Of a stretch of DNA of 32,000 bases, positions 9,165 to 16,917 are shown in pieces. Made by a program: the position numbers and the translations under genes. The stretch's first letter is position 1; each line of letters starts with the position of its first letter. The notes beneath the pieces were generated by a model that was not told the DNA's origin, made no database searches, and worked only from the letters and a program-made list of their open reading frames with translations. The stretch is from Gemmata obscuriglobus (GTDB taxonomy: Bacteria; Planctomycetota; Planctomycetia; Gemmatales; Gemmataceae): positions 8,340,001-8,372,000 of the forward strand of contig NZ_CP042911.1 in NCBI RefSeq assembly GCF_008065095.1. The letters run 5' to 3'.

Positions 9165-9363
9165 CAGTTGCCCCCTCGCGGCCCGTCGCAGCGACGCGCT
9201 GCTTCACGGCCGCTCCAGTTGTTCCGGCCGTTCGTGTTGTACCGACCGCGCGACGGGGCGAACACGAAAACCCGGGCTGTGGTGCGCGATGTCGGGTTCA
9301 GCGGTTGCGTCCTACGCGTGACAATGTGGGTTGTGCAACTCGCGCGGATCAAGGGCCGAGCCG

Positions 9364-11796
9364 ATGGCCGAAAAGGACGAACAAACGCTTCAGCCGCCCC
9401 GGTCGCCCTGGCGCGTCGATGCCCTGGCGCTCACCCTGCTCGCGGTGGGCGGGTTGCTGGCGACGGCCGTCGGAACGGCCCGCCCACTGAAGGCCGGGCC
9501 GAACGCGTTCGGCACCTGGGGCGACGATGCCGCGGCTCTACTGCTGGAACCGCTCGGGTGGGCGGCGTTCGTGCTGCTCGCCGGCTGGTTCGCGGTGACC
9601 GCGCTGCTGATCGCCAACCGCACGCCAACGCGGCTCGCGGTGCGCGTGTTCGGCTGGTGCGCGGTGACGACCGTCGCCGCGATGGGTGTCGATTGGTTCG
9701 GCCAGGGGCTCGCGCCGCCCTCGGTTGCCGGGCGCGGCGGGTCGGTCGGCGCGTACCTGCGGTTCGGCCTCGAAGACGCCACCGAGCCCGTGTGGGCACT
9801 CGTCATTTTCGGTTTGTCGGCGGTCGCGAGCGTACTCCTCGTCGCGGACTGGCTCATGTTGCTACTCGCGCGGTGGGCGCGGGCCGCCCTGCGCGCCGTG
9901 TGGGGCGGCGCGGTGTGGGTCAACGATCGTGTGGCCGATGGGATGGAGATCGTACTCGTCCGCATCGGCGCCGGGCTGAAGGCGGTCGCGCGTACGGGCG
10001 CGGGACTGGCGCGGGCCGCCTATGCGGCCATCCCGGCGCGTAAGCCGTCCGCCGCGCCCGCTCATCCTGCGACACCGCCGATCCCGATTACGAAGGGCGG
10101 ACCGATCCCGAACCTGACGACAACCCCGCCCCCGGTGAAGTCGCTCGTTCCGCCCGAACCAGCACCCGCGGCACAAGGGGAACCCGCCTCCGAACCGGCG
10201 CGGCCCGAGAACATCCCGATTCACGTTCACGCCGACTCGCAACCGGTGTCGATGTCGTTCGCGGTCCCGTCGCTGGAGGAGCAGCCCTCGTGCGTCGATT
10301 ACGAGCTGCCGCCGCTGTCGCTTCTGAACGACCCCGAGCCGTTCCCGGTCGACGACCACGAGCAGAAGCTGCGCGAGATGGCGGTGCTGCTGGAGAAGAC
10401 GTTCCAGGACTTCGGGCTGACGGTGAAAGTGGTCGGCATTCACACCGGGCCGGTCATCACGCAGTACGAGATCAGCCTCGAAACCGGCACCCGGCTGAAC
10501 AAGATCACCACACTGGCCGACGACCTCGCGCTGAACTTGCGGGTGGCGAGCGTGCGGGTGGTCGCGCCGCTGCCCGGGCGCAACACCGTCGGCATTGAGG
10601 TGCCCAACGAGATCCGCCAAACGGTCCAACTGAAAGAGTTGGTCGGGGCGCTCGCACCGACGCCGAAGGTGAGCAAGTTCAAGCTCCCGCTTTTCATCGG
10701 CAAGGACGTGGAGGGGCGCCCCCTCGCCTACGACCTCGCGACCATGCCGCACCTGCTGATCGCCGGTAGCACCGGCACCGGTAAATCCGTGTGCCTGAAC
10801 ACCATCATCGTGTCCCTCCTGCTCACGCGCCGGCCCGACGAGTGCCGGATGATCCTCATCGACCCGAAGAAGGTCGAGCTGAGCGATTACGCGCAGATCC
10901 CGCACCTCATGACGCCGGTGGTGAAAGAGGACAAGAAGGCCGACGCGATTCTGGCGTGGGCGGTGGACAAGATGGAAGAGCGGTACGAGTGGCTGCACCG
11001 CGCGCGGGTCCGCAACATCGCGAGCTACAACGAGCTGCCGTTCGAGGAGATCGCGCGCCGGGTGAACCCGGACAGCGAGGAGGAGCTGCGCGCGATCCCG
11101 CGGAAGATGCCGTACATCGTCATCGTGATCGACGAGGTCGGCGACCTGATGATGAAGATGAAAAAGGAGATCGAAGGGAACATCATCCTGCTGGCGCAGA
11201 AATCTCGGGCCGCGGGCATTCACCTGATCCTCGCCACCCAAAAGCCCACGGTCGATGTGGTCACCGGCCTCATCAAATCGAACCTGCCGGCGCGCATCTG
11301 CTTCCGCGTAACGAACCGGTCCGACAGCGCGGTGGTGCTCGACGAGAAGGGGGGCGAGCGGCTCCTGGGCCGGGGCGACATGCTGTTCCTGCAAACCGGG
11401 GTGCTGACCCGCGCGCAAGGGGCGTACGTCGAGGACGCCGAAATCGAGCGCGTCGTGAGCGCGATCGCCACCGACACCCCGAACTACGACAGCGAGCTTC
11501 AGAACCTCAAGACCCGCGACCAGACCGAGTCCGGCGGGGGCGGCGGGGAGATCGGGGAGAAGCTGCGCGAGCGCGACCCGATTTACGAGCAGGCGGTGGA
11601 GATCGTCATCCGCGAGCAGCGGGGCAGCACGTCGCTCCTCCAGCGCGCGCTCGGCATCGGGTACGGGAAGGCGTCGCGGCTCATCGACTACATGGCCGAG
11701 GACGGGCTCGTCGGCGGGTTCAACGGAAGCAACGCGCGACAGGTGCTGATTTCAAGCGACGAGTGGGAGGCACGGAAACGCGGGGCGGCGGTCTGA
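9364..11796 (+). CDS. ftsK: DNA translocase FtsK/SpoIIIE
   Basis: Track ORF 9331..11796; the start is probably ATG 9364 (MAEKDEQ). It has N-terminal TM helices, a Pro-rich linker, Walker A (IAGSTGTGKSV), Walker B (YIVIVIDEVGDLMM), LILATQKPT, and a C-terminal winged-helix gamma domain (GSTSLLQRALGIGYGKASRLIDYMAEDGLVG). Confidence 0.95.
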   Translation: MAEKDEQTLQPPRSPWRVDALALTLLAVGGLLATAVGTARPLKAGPNAFGTWGDDAAALLLEPLGWAAFVLLAGWFAVTALLIANRTPTRLAVRVFGWCAVTTVAAMGVDWFGQGLAPPSVAGRGGSVGAYLRFGLEDATEPVWALVIFGLSAVASVLLVADWLMLLLARWARAALRAVWGGAVWVNDRVADGMEIVLVRIGAGLKAVARTGAGLARAAYAAIPARKPSAAPAHPATPPIPITKGGPIPNLTTTPPPVKSLVPPEPAPAAQGEPASEPARPENIPIHVHADSQPVSMSFAVPSLEEQPSCVDYELPPLSLLNDPEPFPVDDHEQKLREMAVLLEKTFQDFGLTVKVVGIHTGPVITQYEISLETGTRLNKITTLADDLALNLRVASVRVVAPLPGRNTVGIEVPNEIRQTVQLKELVGALAPTPKVSKFKLPLFIGKDVEGRPLAYDLATMPHLLIAGSTGTGKSVCLNTIIVSLLLTRRPDECRMILIDPKKVELSDYAQIPHLMTPVVKEDKKADAILAWAVDKMEERYEWLHRARVRNIASYNELPFEEIARRVNPDSEEELRAIPRKMPYIVIVIDEVGDLMMKMKKEIEGNIILLAQKSRAAGIHLILATQKPTVDVVTGLIKSNLPARICFRVTNRSDSAVVLDEKGGERLLGRGDMLFLQTGVLTRAQGAYVEDAEIERVVSAIATDTPNYDSELQNLKTRDQTESGGGGGEIGEKLRERDPIYEQAVEIVIREQRGSTSLLQRALGIGYGKASRLIDYMAEDGLVGGFNGSNARQVLISSDEWEARKRGAAV

Positions 11797-11869
11797 TCGA
11801 TCAGACCGAATCGGCCAATACTCCGTAGAAAATATGAGCCATCATCTTCACCGCTCGGAGGGAACTTCA

Positions 11870-11905
11870 CACCTGCGGCGGGCATGGAATTGTCCGCCGC
11901 AGGTG
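11870..11905 (+). terminator. Putative terminator hairpin downstream of ftsK
   Basis: CACCTGCGGCGG-(12 nt loop)-CCGCCGCAGGTG is a perfect 12 bp stem, 74 nt after the ftsK stop. Confidence 0.4.
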
Positions 11906-11991
11906 AGGGCGAATCGCCCATCCTGACCTTGTGTACACATCGGCGCGCAGCTACCTTCGCGGCGGCTACTCACCCGAAGGAGGTTCGCGCG

Positions 11992-12459
11992 ATGTCCACC
12001 AGTTACCGGCCCGCCGGGTACCACACCGTCACCCCGTCGATTACGGTTCGCCACGGGGCGAACGCGCTCGCCTTTTACAAGGACGCGCTCGGCGCCTCGG
12101 AAGTGATGCGGTTCGAATTGCCCGGCGGGGTGATCGCGCACGCCGAGATCGAGATCGGCGGGGCGCGGGTCATGCTCGCCGACGAGATGCCGGAGTGGGG
12201 GAACCGCGGCCCCGAATCGTTGGGGGGAACGAGCGGCGGGCTGTGCGTGTTCGTGCCGGACGTGGACGCGGCCTTCGCGACCGCCGTGGCCGCCGGCGCG
12301 AAGGTCGTGCGCCCGGTGCAGGACCAGTTCTACGGCGACCGCTCCGGCACCCTACTCGACCCGTTCGGGCACCAGTGGACGCTGGCCACTCACATTGAGG
12401 ACGTTTCGCCGGAAGAGATGCAGCGCCGGTTCGCCGCGATGATGGGGCAGAGCGCTTAA
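11992..12459 (+). CDS. VOC (glyoxalase/bleomycin-resistance, PhnB-like) family protein
   Basis: This is the 3' part of track ORF 11884..12459. The ATG at 11992 has a strong SD (GAAGGAGG). ITVRHGANALAFYKDALGA, AHAEIEIGGARVMLADE and VQDQFYGDRSGTLLDPFGHQWTLATH are typical of the family. Confidence 0.85.
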   Translation: MSTSYRPAGYHTVTPSITVRHGANALAFYKDALGASEVMRFELPGGVIAHAEIEIGGARVMLADEMPEWGNRGPESLGGTSGGLCVFVPDVDAAFATAVAAGAKVVRPVQDQFYGDRSGTLLDPFGHQWTLATHIEDVSPEEMQRRFAAMMGQSA

Positions 12460-12503
12460 GCGGAAAAGGGGCCGTTCGCGGCCAGCACGGCGCGGTCCGT
12501 GCC

Positions 12504-12971
12504 TCACGCGAGCGGTTTACGCCCCCCGCCCACCAACCGACGCGCCCAGTAGCAAATCAGCACGCCGAGCGCGACGCCGGCCCAGTCAATGAGCACGTCG
12601 CGCACGCTCCCGGAGCGGTTCGGTACGAACGTCTGGCCGATCTCGGTCGCGACGCCGTGGAGCGCGAGCAGCCCCACCAAAAACCAGTGCCAGCACCGCG
12701 CCACCGGGAGCGCGAACACCAGAACCGTGAGGAACGCGTACGCCCCCCCGTGCAGCGATTTTGCGAGGAAGAACCGCCAGTCGTTGTCGAGTTCGGCGGC
12801 CAGCGCCTCCGGCACCGGGCTGGGCTCGAGCAGCTTCCACGTCCAGAGCCCCAGGAACCCGCCCAGGACCACGAACCGGAACAGGTCGAACCGGCCGGCC
12901 GGCAGCCCCTCGGGCGCGATCGCGCCCGGCGGCGGGCCGTTCGGCGGTGGTGAAGTGTCTGCGCTCATCAT
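12504..12971 (-). CDS. VanZ-like family membrane protein
   Basis: Four hydrophobic helices. The family signature HGVATEIGQTFVPNRSGSVRDVLIDWAGVALG is present. The start ATG overlaps the mcsB stop (ATGA). Confidence 0.75.
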   Translation of the reverse strand: MMSADTSPPPNGPPPGAIAPEGLPAGRFDLFRFVVLGGFLGLWTWKLLEPSPVPEALAAELDNDWRFFLAKSLHGGAYAFLTVLVFALPVARCWHWFLVGLLALHGVATEIGQTFVPNRSGSVRDVLIDWAGVALGVLICYWARRLVGGGRKPLA

Positions 12972-14035
12972 TTGTGCGAATCGAGGTCGCGGAGCCGCGT
13001 CTTGAGGTACTTCGCACGCGCCGTGTTCCGCTCCTCGCCGCCGAGCGCGTGCCCGGCGAGCTTCTGGAGGTGTGCGGACTGCGTGTGAATGAACAACTGG
13101 TTCACCGCGGTCACCGGAATGCCGTCGAGCAGGTGCAGGTGAATGCCCAGCCGCACCGCGGAGAGCAGCTCCATCGTCTCCTCGGCGGTGATCATGGTGG
13201 CGCTGCCGAGCGTGCCGATGGCCCGCGCGACGCGGTCGTGCTCGGCCTGCCGGCGCTCCTTCATCAGCGCGGCGCGGGCCTGGCGCTCGTACTGCATGAT
13301 CGTCACGATCACCTCGCGGATCTCGTCGAGGATCTTGGCCTCGCTCTTCCCGAGGGTGACGTGATTCGAGATCTGGTACAGGTCGCCGAACGCGCGCGAC
13401 CCCTCCCCGTGCAACCCGCGCACCGCCAGGTTAATCTTCTGGAGCGCGCGGAACACCTTGTCGATCTGCTTGGTCAGTCCCAGCGCCGGCAGGTGCAACA
13501 TCACGCTGGCCCGCATCCCGGTGCCGACGTTCGTGGGGCACGCGGTCAGGTACCCGAACTGCGTGTGGAACGCGTAGGCGAGGCGCTGCTCCAGGGCGTC
13601 GTCGAGGCGGTCGATGTCCCGCCACGCCTCGTCGAGCGCGAACCCGCTGCGGAGCACCTGGAGCCGCAGGTGGTCCTCCTCGTTCACCATCACACTGACG
13701 GTCTCGGTCGGGTCGAACGCGACCCCGCGGGGGCCGTCCAGCCCGCTCGCGAGTTCGCGACTGATGAGCTGCCGCTCGACAAGGAACTGCCGGTCGAGCG
13801 GCGACATCGCCTGAACGTCGGCGTACTCGAGCGGGTGCGCGCCGCCACACTTGGCGACGGCCTCCTTCGCCAGGCGGATGACGTCCGCCTTGTGGGTCGC
13901 GGTCGCGCGGGTGGCGAACGGCAGGTCGGCGAGGTTCCGCGCCAGCCGGATGCGTGTGGACACCACCACGTCCGACTCGGGGCCGGTGCCGCGGAGCCAT
14001 TCGCCGAGGTTCGGGAGCAGGCTGTCAAGGTTCAT
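12968..14035 (-). CDS. mcsB: Protein arginine kinase McsB (ATP:guanido phosphotransferase family)
   Basis: Track ORF 12968..14062 begins at a TTG inside the repeat array; I prefer ATG 14035 (MNLDSLLPN). Phosphagen-kinase motifs are present: VVVSTRIRLARNL, MVNEEDHLRLQ, LTACPTNVGTGMRASVMLHLP. Confidence 0.9.
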   Translation of the reverse strand: MNLDSLLPNLGEWLRGTGPESDVVVSTRIRLARNLADLPFATRATATHKADVIRLAKEAVAKCGGAHPLEYADVQAMSPLDRQFLVERQLISRELASGLDGPRGVAFDPTETVSVMVNEEDHLRLQVLRSGFALDEAWRDIDRLDDALEQRLAYAFHTQFGYLTACPTNVGTGMRASVMLHLPALGLTKQIDKVFRALQKINLAVRGLHGEGSRAFGDLYQISNHVTLGKSEAKILDEIREVIVTIMQYERQARAALMKERRQAEHDRVARAIGTLGSATMITAEETMELLSAVRLGIHLHLLDGIPVTAVNQLFIHTQSAHLQKLAGHALGGEERNTARAKYLKTRLRDLDSHK

Positions 14036-14077
14036 CGGTAAGTTCCAAGCTCCAAGCTCCAAGCTCCAAGTTCAAGG
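14036..14077 (-). repeat. Heptanucleotide tandem array abutting the mcsB start codon
   Basis: The minus strand reads CCTTGAA CTTGGAG CTTGGAG CTTGGAG CTTGGAA CTTACCG ATG. Three perfect units and three degenerate units fill the 42 nt directly 5' of the ATG. Several units carry a GGAG/GGAA Shine-Dalgarno core. Confidence 0.9.
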
Positions 14078-14131
14078 CACGAAGGCAGGGGGGCCGGCTT
14101 CGATGTGGCACTTGGAACGTGAACCGTGGAA

Positions 14132-14605
14132 CTATTCGTGGGCGCGGATCAGGTCGCGGAGCCGTGCGGCCTCTTCATAGTTCTCCGCGGCGACCGCGGC
14201 GCCGAGCCGCCGCTTCCACTCGCTCACCCGCACGGCCCGTGGGGTCTTGCCCGCGTGGGTCATCGCGCGGTGGATCCGCTCCAGCAGTGGTTCGAGGGCG
14301 GGGCGCAGCGCCTCGTAATCGTGCGAGCACCCGAGGCGGCCGGTGGCCTTGAACTCGGGCACCGCCATCCCGCACTGCGCGCATACGGGCTCGGGCGCCG
14401 GCTCCGGCGCGAGCGCGGGGGGCGCGTGGAACGGGTTCGTGAGCAGCCCCATCAGCGCCTTCAGATCGATCTGCGGGCCGGGCGGCTCGGGAATCAGGTT
14501 GCGTTCGCGCGCGCACCGCTCGCACAGGTGCAGCTCGCGCCGCTTCTTGTTCACCACGTCCGTCAGGTGGAACGTGGCCGGGGCGTCACAGATCTGGCAC
14601 TTCAC
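14132..14605 (-). CDS. mcsA: McsA-like protein (UvrB/UvrC-motif protein, arginine-kinase activator), paralog 1
   Basis: MKCQIC...HLCERC...CAQCG...GRLGCSHDY gives paired Cys zinc-finger motifs. The C-terminal UVR motif is ENYEEAARLRDLIRA. Confidence 0.85.
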   Translation of the reverse strand: MKCQICDAPATFHLTDVVNKKRRELHLCERCARERNLIPEPPGPQIDLKALMGLLTNPFHAPPALAPEPAPEPVCAQCGMAVPEFKATGRLGCSHDYEALRPALEPLLERIHRAMTHAGKTPRAVRVSEWKRRLGAAVAAENYEEAARLRDLIRAHE

Positions 14606-14637
14606 CCCAACCCTCCCGTCGGGAAGCCCGAGCCCGA

Positions 14638-14664
14638 CCGCGGGGCCCGAATTCGGCCCCGCGG
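14638..14664 (-). other. GC-rich palindrome in the mcsA2-mcsA1 spacer
   Basis: CCGCGGGGCCCGAATTCGGCCCCGCGG is a near-perfect palindrome centred on GAATTC (about 13 bp stem with one bulged base). It lies between stop 14673 and start 14605. Confidence 0.5.
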
Positions 14665-14672
14665 CTCTCGGC

Positions 14673-15146
14673 TTAACCGTTTTCGAGTTCCCGGATGCGG
14701 TCGCGAACGCGGGCCGCCTCTTCGTAGTTTTCTTCGGTCACCAGTTGCTGGAGGCGGCGCCGCAGCGCGGTCAGCTCCACCTGGTCGCTCTGCGTGCGGG
14801 GCAAGCGGCGCGGGGTTTTGCCGACGTGCCGCACCTCGCCGTGAATGCTCTCCAGCAGCGGGAGCAGCTCGCCCTTGAACGCGTCGTAATCGTGCGCGCA
14901 GCCGAACCGCCCGTGGTTGCGGAACTCGAGGTAGGACAGGCCGCACTTGCCGCACGTCGGCCCGGCGAGCACCTCCTCGCCGGGCTCGCGCACGTCGACG
15001 GGCTTGGCAGGTGCCGGCTTCTTATGCGGTTGCGAGAGGTATTTCTTGGCGCAGTCCTCGCAGAGGTGAACCTCCTCGAACCGCTCCTCGGGCAACACTT
15101 CGGTAATGTGGTAGGTGGCTTGTTTCGCGCACCGCATGCACTTCAT
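14673..15146 (-). CDS. mcsA: McsA-like protein (UvrB/UvrC-motif protein), paralog 2
   Basis: Track ORF 14673..15176; the start is probably ATG 15146 (MKCMRC). It has the same architecture as paralog 1: HLCEDC, CGKCG, GRFGCAHDY, and the UVR motif ENYEEAARVRDRIRE. Confidence 0.85.
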   Translation of the reverse strand: MKCMRCAKQATYHITEVLPEERFEEVHLCEDCAKKYLSQPHKKPAPAKPVDVREPGEEVLAGPTCGKCGLSYLEFRNHGRFGCAHDYDAFKGELLPLLESIHGEVRHVGKTPRRLPRTQSDQVELTALRRRLQQLVTEENYEEAARVRDRIRELENG

Positions 15147-15421
15147 TCGCCCGGCCCCCCGCCTCGTGCAGTGCATTCTACCACCATCGCCGCACGTTGT
15201 CAGTGGCGCGGGCGGCCCCGGGGGTAAGTGGCCGTGTTCGATCCCGGCCCTTTCAGGCGCCCGTGAGAGTTCGGAGCCGAAGCCTGTTACTGCCGGAAGA
15301 GGCGCGGGCCGGAAGATGGCCCCTCAGTCATCCCCCGTGCCAACTGTTTTGGCGTCGCGCCAGGCGCGAATGCGTTTAACCCGACGGATCACCAGATCCG
15401 TGGCCGCCCTGCGCACGCAAC

Positions 15422-15468
15422 GGCGGGATGTGCCCCTGTTGCTCACTGCTCAGGGGGCACATCCCGCC
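15422..15468 (-). terminator. Strong hairpin downstream of the LptF/G-family gene
   Basis: GGCGGGATGTGCCCCTG-(12 nt)-CAGGGGGCACATCCCGCC is a 17 bp stem with a single extra G. It lies about 117 nt 3' of the 15585 stop and upstream of mcsA2. Confidence 0.45.
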
Positions 15469-15584
15469 ACAACGCCCACGCACGCCGCGGGGCCGCATGA
15501 GGCAATTCTAAACGGCATGACACACTGACGTGCCTGCCCGGGTGGCAGCTCGGTCTGAATAGCACCAGACGGCCGCGGTCGCGC

Positions 15585-16817
15585 TCAGCGCCGCAACAGC
15601 CGCCACGCCAGCAGCACGCCGACAGCCCCCATGACGATGTCCGCGGCCCAGCACCCCAGCGCCATCGGGAGGCGGCCACTTTTACCCATGTCGGTGCCGG
15701 CCAGCAGCAGCGGGTAATACACCAGCAGCGTCGGCAGGAAGCACATCATGAACGTGCTCAGGTAATCGGACCGGTTCAGGTACACACCGACCGGGCAGCC
15801 GACCAGCGCGAACACCAGGCAGCTCACGGCCAGCGCGGGCCGCGCGTGGACCTCCGCTTGCAGGTTCCGCAGTTGCTTCGTGGTGCCGGCGATCTCGAAG
15901 TTGTACCCCTCGATCTGGGCCTGGGCGTTGGCCCGCAGGTTCGGGTCCATCTGGTTGATTTCGGCCTGGCGCGCGGCCCGCTCGCGCGTGATCCGGTCCA
16001 GTTTGGCGGCCACGCCCGCCGCCCTCTCCGGCAGCTCATCCCAGGTCAGCGTGCTGGTCTTGAGGCGGGCCTCTTTGCCCGTTACCGAGTCCGGCAGGTC
16101 CATCACGAACGCCCCGCTGCTGGCCGCCGACCCGGACGCGTTCTTCCCATCAATCACCAACCGGTCCGGCTCGATCGACAGGGTGCCGGCGGCCACGTCC
16201 ACCCGTAACTGGGCCTCGTGCATCCGGGCCACCATGTCGTACCCCATGACGACCTCGGCCCCGGTCCGGGGGTCTTTCTCCTTGATCCGGCGCTTGACGA
16301 CCACGTCGATGAGCCGCTTGCCCTCCACGTCGCGCACGTACAGGACGTTGGGCAGGCTCGGGTGCCGCAGGCACCGGTCCCGGCGGATCATGTTGTAAAG
16401 CACCTCCTCCGGGTCCGACAGGATCTCGTCCCAGAACATCTGTTGCGTGCGCGGGATCGTGCTGTGCGCCAGGGCCGCGGTGGTGGCGGTGGTCAGCACC
16501 CCCAGCAGCAGGGTCGGCTTCACGATCCCGAACAGGTGCACCCCGGCCGCCTTCAGCGCGATCACCTCGTTGTCGTGGGCCAGCCGGCCGTACACGACGC
16601 ACGCGGCGAACAGCGTGGTGGCCGGGATCGCGATCGGCAGGATGCTCGGGACCAGCAGCGGGACCGCGCGCACGAGCTGCGCCAGCGACAGCCCGAGCTG
16701 CGACGCCTGCTGCACGGACATCACCACCAGCACCAGCCCGGTGAGCGAGCCGAGGGAGAGCAGGAACACCCGCACCAGCTCCCAGAAGATCATCCGGTTC
16801 AGGGTCGTTCCAAACAC
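15585..16817 (-). CDS. LptF/LptG (YjgP/YjgQ) family permease
   Basis: Track ORF 15585..16847 (GTG). An internal GTG at 16817 is preceded by GAGGAGAAGGC and gives VFGTTLNRMIFWELVRVF, the usual N-terminus of the family. It has six hydrophobic segments with a large loop between TM3 and TM4. Confidence 0.85.
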   Translation of the reverse strand: MFGTTLNRMIFWELVRVFLLSLGSLTGLVLVVMSVQQASQLGLSLAQLVRAVPLLVPSILPIAIPATTLFAACVVYGRLAHDNEVIALKAAGVHLFGIVKPTLLLGVLTTATTAALAHSTIPRTQQMFWDEILSDPEEVLYNMIRRDRCLRHPSLPNVLYVRDVEGKRLIDVVVKRRIKEKDPRTGAEVVMGYDMVARMHEAQLRVDVAAGTLSIEPDRLVIDGKNASGSAASSGAFVMDLPDSVTGKEARLKTSTLTWDELPERAAGVAAKLDRITRERAARQAEINQMDPNLRANAQAQIEGYNFEIAGTTKQLRNLQAEVHARPALAVSCLVFALVGCPVGVYLNRSDYLSTFMMCFLPTLLVYYPLLLAGTDMGKSGRLPMALGCWAADIVMGAVGVLLAWRLLRR

Positions 16818-16869
16818 GCCTTCTCCTCGCGGCACGCGCGACGACACAGGGGAACTGTCGGGCCGTCAG

Positions 16870-16916
16870 GAACGAGGGGTGCGGCCCGACTTCGTCTCCG
16901 GCCGCACCCCTCGTTC
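16870..16916 (-). promoter_or_regulatory. Perfect 17 bp stem-loop between the AsmA-like gene and the LptF/G gene
   Basis: GAACGAGGGGTGCGGCC-(13 nt)-GGCCGCACCCCTCGTTC has no mismatch. On the coding strand it begins 1 nt after the AsmA-like stop codon (16918-16920). Confidence 0.6.
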
Positions 16917-16917
16917 T

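Noticed and set aside
14036-14077. Could the short repeats be a CRISPR array or a coding repeat?
   Set aside because: The units are only 7 nt with no spacers, and the array is 42 nt in an operon spacer. It is not CRISPR. Translating it from the TTG at 14062 adds only nine residues (MELGAWNLP) with no family support.
15236-15244. GTTCGATCC, a tRNA T-loop-like motif, in the mcsA2 upstream region.
   Set aside because: I could build no acceptor stem, anticodon arm or D-arm on either strand around it. The flanking stem (GGCCG/CGGCC) would leave a 10 nt loop. It is most likely a chance match.
15115-15528. 137 aa ORF in the 438 bp spacer between mcsA2 and the LptF/G gene.
   Set aside because: It overlaps the mcsA2 start in antisense, shows no family resemblance and runs through the 17 bp hairpin. 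The region is more plausibly promoter/terminator DNA.
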